From Macrostomum lignano (lineage: Eukaryota), in the NCBI GenBank assembly GCA_002269645.1, contig NIVC01002341.1:62001-126000 (forward strand): 64,000 bases of DNA, given 5' to 3'. Below are positions 59,599 through 64,000 of the stretch, piece by piece (within the stretch, counting starts at the first letter, position 1; the number at the start of each line of letters is the position of its first letter). A program made the translations under genes and the position numbers. Under the pieces are notes generated by a model. That model was given only the letters and a program-made list of their open reading frames with translations. It searched no databases and was not told the DNA's origin.

Positions 59599-62205
59599 TT
59601 AATTTATTATAACAAAGATTAAAGCCGTTAGCGAACCTGTGAGGACTTTTGACGCAAATTCGAACGCGGCGTCGCTACGAGTACTGCAATAGGCCAAGTT
59701 GGTTGAAGAATATGTGTAGGACAGTTTCTCAGCGTCCAGACTGCTTAAGTTGTTCCTTTCGTCAATTAAGCTTCCATTTTTCATCAGCAGGGTTTTTGAA
59801 CCGCTGAGGCAGGAAAAGTAGTGCGACTGGTAGTGCATCACTGAGCCATAGTCGTATCGCGGATAGTCGTTTGTAAGTTTGTACGAGGTCTTCAGAAAAT
59901 TGTTGCATTCCTGCTCATTTTAAAATTAAAATTTTCTAAGAAACGTACATGTAGTTTTCCATCTCCGCAACATTGAAAATTCAACACGCACCATTTGCGT
60001 CAGTAAGAAACTTCTAGCTGTGAATGTGGAGGAAAGTTCCTTTGGGCTGAGTTGTGAGTTCTCGTGAAGGACACATTCATCGTTGCTATAAGGACTTTTT
60101 TGAATTGCACATTTTAATCCAAATGTTTTCATTATTTTTGCGTTACACCCTATTATGCTCAGCGTGATACATGATTACGTAGTTAATCCCCCGGTCCAGT
60201 GTCAAGTGCAACTTGTGCAACTTGCAAGGGCGATCCGAGAGAAGTCGCTTTACTGGCTCAAGCTGGTGCATGGCGACTTTTCAATGCTTCTGAGTATATA
60301 CAGATCAGCTACACATGTTCTGCTCAGTGGTGGCTCAGACAAAAACATTGCGACTCACGTCACTATCAATATGTTGTTCCACAGCACCGTGACAAAGCTG
60401 TCCCTATCCGGTCGAGACTGTTCGTGATAGAAGCCCAGGGCGTGCATGAACTCGTGCTGGATGATGCTCTCCAGCATGCAGTTGGGTACCTGCAGGGACA
60501 GAGCCTGACTATAACTACTGCTGCTGCTCTGCCGGCCAACATAGGAATAACACCCGACATCGTCGATAACTTCAACGTGCTGCACGTCAATAAAATAGTT
60601 GGACTCGACAAAGGTGACCAGCTGCTGATTGCTGCTGGCCGAACTGATTCTGGCTGCCAATCGGGAAAGCGACAATCGAACCATGTCGCGATAGGAGCTG
60701 GGAAAGCCCAGGCCGAACCGGTAGTAGAGACGGCCTTCGGGCCACAGGCGGCGACAGCTGAGGTAGGAGCTTGACGGCAAACTGTTGCTGCTACTGCTGC
60801 TGGCTTGATCAGAGCTGGACCCGTCAGATCGAACAGGCGCTGTTGGCGCCTGCAAGTCCTCGATGGGGATCAGCATGTCGTCGATTTGAATGACGACTCC
60901 TGTGCTGGAGTTCTGCTTGTTAGAGCTGTTGGTCGTGCTTGCGTTATTGATGACGAGAGACGAGAGGCTGGAAGTCTGCATATTTTAGTATGGACGGATA
61001 CGAGCGACGGAGTTTTTTGGAAAATCTTAGGCCGAGTCGTCCTCTTCTGCATGATAGCAGAAACACCACAGATTGATGAAAACCTGCGTTGTGTTCTTTA
61101 TAAAACTAGTCGCTTTTGGTACAGTTTACAGTTTAATGTATGTCATATGGTACTTGTACATTTGTGCACCTTCATGCAAATATTCCTGTAGTGCTTTACA
61201 GTTAAATTAAATATTTTTTGAATTGCTTCTCATCTGTATACCAAATTACATTTAGACCTAGCTAGTTATTATAAAGTCGCTAAATACACAAGCAGCTACA
61301 AAGGAGAAATTGATCCGTGTGTCGTGGTGGGCGCCCCTGTCTCTTAGTGGGCGCCCCTGTCTCTTGGTGGGCGCCCCTGTCTCTTGGTGGGCGCTCTTGT
61401 CTCTTGGTGGGCGCCCCTGTCTCTTGGTGGGCGCTCTTGTCTCTTGGTGGGCGCCCCTGTCTCTTGGTGGGCGCCCCTGTCTCTTGGTGGGCGCCCCTGT
61501 CTCTTGGTGGGCGCTCTTGTCTCTTGGTGGGCGCCCCTGTCTCTTGGTGGGCGCTCTTATTGTCTCTTGGTGGGCGCCCCTGTCTCTTGGTGGGCGCTCT
61601 TGTCTCTTGGTGGGCGCCCCTGTCTCTTGGTGGGCGCTCTTATTGTCTCTTGGTGGGCGCCCCTGTCTCTTGGTGGGCGCTCTTGTCTCTTGGTGGGCGC
61701 CCCTGTCTCTTGGTGGGCGCCCCTGTCTCTTGGTGGGCGCCTCTGTCTCTTGGTGAGCGCCCCTGTCTCTTGGTGGGCGCCCCTGTCTCTTGGTGAGCGC
61801 CCCTGTCTCTTGGTGGCCGCCTCAATCTTTTGGTGGGCGCGCCTGTCTCTTGGTGGGCGCCCCTGTCTCTTGGTGGGCGCCCCTGTCTCTTGGTGGGTGC
61901 CCCTGTCTCTTGGTGGGTGCCCCTGTCTCTTGGTGGGCGCCCCTGTCTCAATTGATCTTGGTTGTCTAAGTGTAAGGTAACCTCTCGATCATTTTCGTTT
62001 TTGAGGCGAGCCGGGGGGTGGGGTCAACGCCCCCCCCCCGTGTACAGTAGATTGGTTTATAAGCTTTTCTAATACTAAAGCAACTGTAGCAGACAAGTCT
62101 ACCCAAATAGGAATACACATATCTCACCTGAGAGCAGCCGCAAGCTGCCTGTATAAGCAGGACCCGACTGCTCAGAAGTAGGAAAAGTGCTGCTATTAGC
62201 TGCAT
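59599..62205 (-). CDS. Astacin-family (M12A) metalloprotease with signal peptide and hydrophobic C-terminal tail
   Basis: Exon 1 62205-62128 (MQLIAALFLLLSS...), exon 2 from 60975 with HEFMHALGFYHEQSRPDRD, last exon ~59915-59599 with Met-turn YDYGSVMHY. The exact exon 2/3 junction is uncertain. Confidence 0.88.
61322..61947 (-). repeat. 20-bp minisatellite, same family as 6020-6172, in astacin intron 1
   Basis: (GGGCGCCCCTGTCTCTTGGT)n with variant GGGCGCTCTTGTC units. Confidence 0.95.
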
Positions 62206-62669
62206 GACGGCTTGACGAACTCACCTTACTCGGCAAAATAAAATTGCCTACTATAAACTCTCAACCAACTTTACCGTATATATACAAAGCAAAGGTCCGC
62301 CCGAGCATCATGCAAGGATAATAAAACTGTGCTGACTGGAATTCGGTTTTATATTATCTACTGTATAACCATCGTTGTGTGACAAAAATGGCTACATTTT
62401 TTATAAACGAGCAGCATTGCATTCATTTCTAGTTTTATTGCTTCTCTGCACCTGAGAACAATTAATTCCTCGAATGCTAAGCAGTAAAGATTTACTGAAT
62501 TTTTTATTGGCTGAGAATTGTGGTTGCTTTTTATTGCAGGACCCAAATGCAAACAAATGTATGCAATAAATAGCCCCATCCTTCTCGTATAATATATGGC
62601 CTTCCGAAATACTTTTCACGGTTATAAAACGCTGCATCTCAGATGAATTAAATTGCCTAGTTGAAAAAG

Positions 62670-64000
62670 ATGGCCATTCTCACTCGCCTCATTTGAGTAG
62701 CTGCATGGCCATTCTCACTCGCCTCATTTGAGTAGCTGCATGGCCATTCTCACTCGCCTCATTTGAGTAGCTGCATGGCCATTCTCACTCGCCTCATTTG
62801 AGTAGCTGCATTGCCATTCTCACTCGCCTCATTTGAGTAGCTGCATGGCCATTCTCACTCGCCTCATTTGAGTAGCTGCATGGCCATTCTCACTCGCCTC
62901 ATTTGAGTAGCTGCATGGCCATTCTCACTCGCCTCATTTGAGTAGCTGCATGGCCATTCTCACTCGCCTCATTTGAGTAGCTGCATGGCCATTCTCACTC
63001 GCCTCATTTGAGTAGCTGCATGGCCATTCTCACTCGCCTCATTTGAGTAGCTGCATGGCCATTCTCACTCGCCTCATTTGAGTAGCTGCATGGCCATTCT
63101 CACTCGCCTCATTTGAGTAGCTGCATGGCCATTCTCACTCGCCTCATTTGAGTAGCTGCATGGCCATTCTCACTCGCCTCATTTGAGTAGCTGCATGGCC
63201 ATTCTCACTCGCCTCATTTGAGTAGCTGCATGGCCATTCTCACTCGCCTCATTTGAGTAGCTGCATGGCCATTCTCACTCGCCTCATTTGAGTAGCTGCA
63301 TGGCCATTCTCACTCGCCTCATTTGAGTAGCTGCATGGCCATTCTCACTCGCCTCATTTGAGTAGCTGCATGGCCATTCTCACTCGCCTCATTTGAGTAG
63401 CTGCATGGCCATTCTCACTCGCCTCATTTGAGTAGCTGCATGGCCATTCTCACTCGCCTCATTTGGGTAGCTGCATGGCCATTCTCACTCGCCTCATTTG
63501 AGTAGCTGCATGGCCAATCTCATTTCATGGCCTCATTTGAGTAGCTGCATGGCCAATCTCACTTCATGGCCTCATTTGAGTAGCTGCATGGCCAATCTCA
63601 TTTTATGGCCTCATTTGAGTAGCTGCATGGCCAATCTCACTTCATGGCCTCATTTGAGTAGCTGCATGGCCAATCTCACTTCATGGCCTCATTTGAGTAG
63701 CTGCATGGCCAATCTCATTTTATGGCCTCATTTGAGTAGCTGCATGGCCAATCTCACTTCATGGCCTCATTTGAGTAGCTGCATGGCCAATCTCACTTCA
63801 TGGCCTCATTTGAGTAGCTGCATGGCCAATCTCACTTCATGGCCTCATTTGAGTAGCTGCATGGCCATTCTCACTCGCCTCATTTGAGTAGCTGCATGGC
63901 CATTCTCACTCGCCTCATTTGAGTAGCTGCATGGCCATTCTCACTCGCCTCATTTGAGTAGCTGCATGGCCATTCTCACTCGCCTCATTTGGGTAGCTGC
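62670..64000. repeat. 35-bp satellite with an internal block of a 39-bp variant; runs off the window end
   Basis: (ATGGCCATTCTCACTCGCCTCATTTGAGTAGCTGC)n; ~63510-63860 switches to ...CCAATCTCA(C/T)TT(C/T)ATGGCCTC... units. Confidence 0.95.

Noticed and set aside
62670-64000. CRISPR-like array (35-bp repeats)
   Set aside because: Units are contiguous with no unique spacers, no cas genes, eukaryotic context. The same holds for all other arrays.

Overview
Eukaryotic (animal) genomic DNA. The intron style, GC-rich exons in AT-rich introns and dense minisatellites suggest a free-living flatworm such as Macrostomum (inference, not provable here). Nine protein-coding genes could be assembled by hand from splice signals. 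In order: a secreted triple-vWA protein (-), CLIC (-), an orphan with an N-myristoylation-like start (+), FAAH-type amidase with a C-terminal frameshift (+), a DEG/ENaC channel (+), an ~18-ankyrin TRP channel with a TRPM/TRPN-like pore region (-), TMEM165/GDT1 (+), a GT92 glycosyltransferase (+) and an astacin protease with a GPI-like tail (-). Mobile DNA includes a dead Mag-like Ty3/gypsy element (LTRs, PBS, PPT, 5-bp TSD) with a MITE in its RT, nested in an LTR-like promoter element whose diverged sister copy lies head-to-head next to it. There are also three hAT-type MITEs, two CORE-like tRNA-SINEs, a CpG-eroded hAT transposase fossil and about 12 tandem arrays. No unequivocal new system was found. 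The best leads are the ankyrin-TRP chimera, the back-to-back promoter elements pointing at TRP and TMEM165, and TE-restricted CpG erosion. All exon models are manual and need RNA support.
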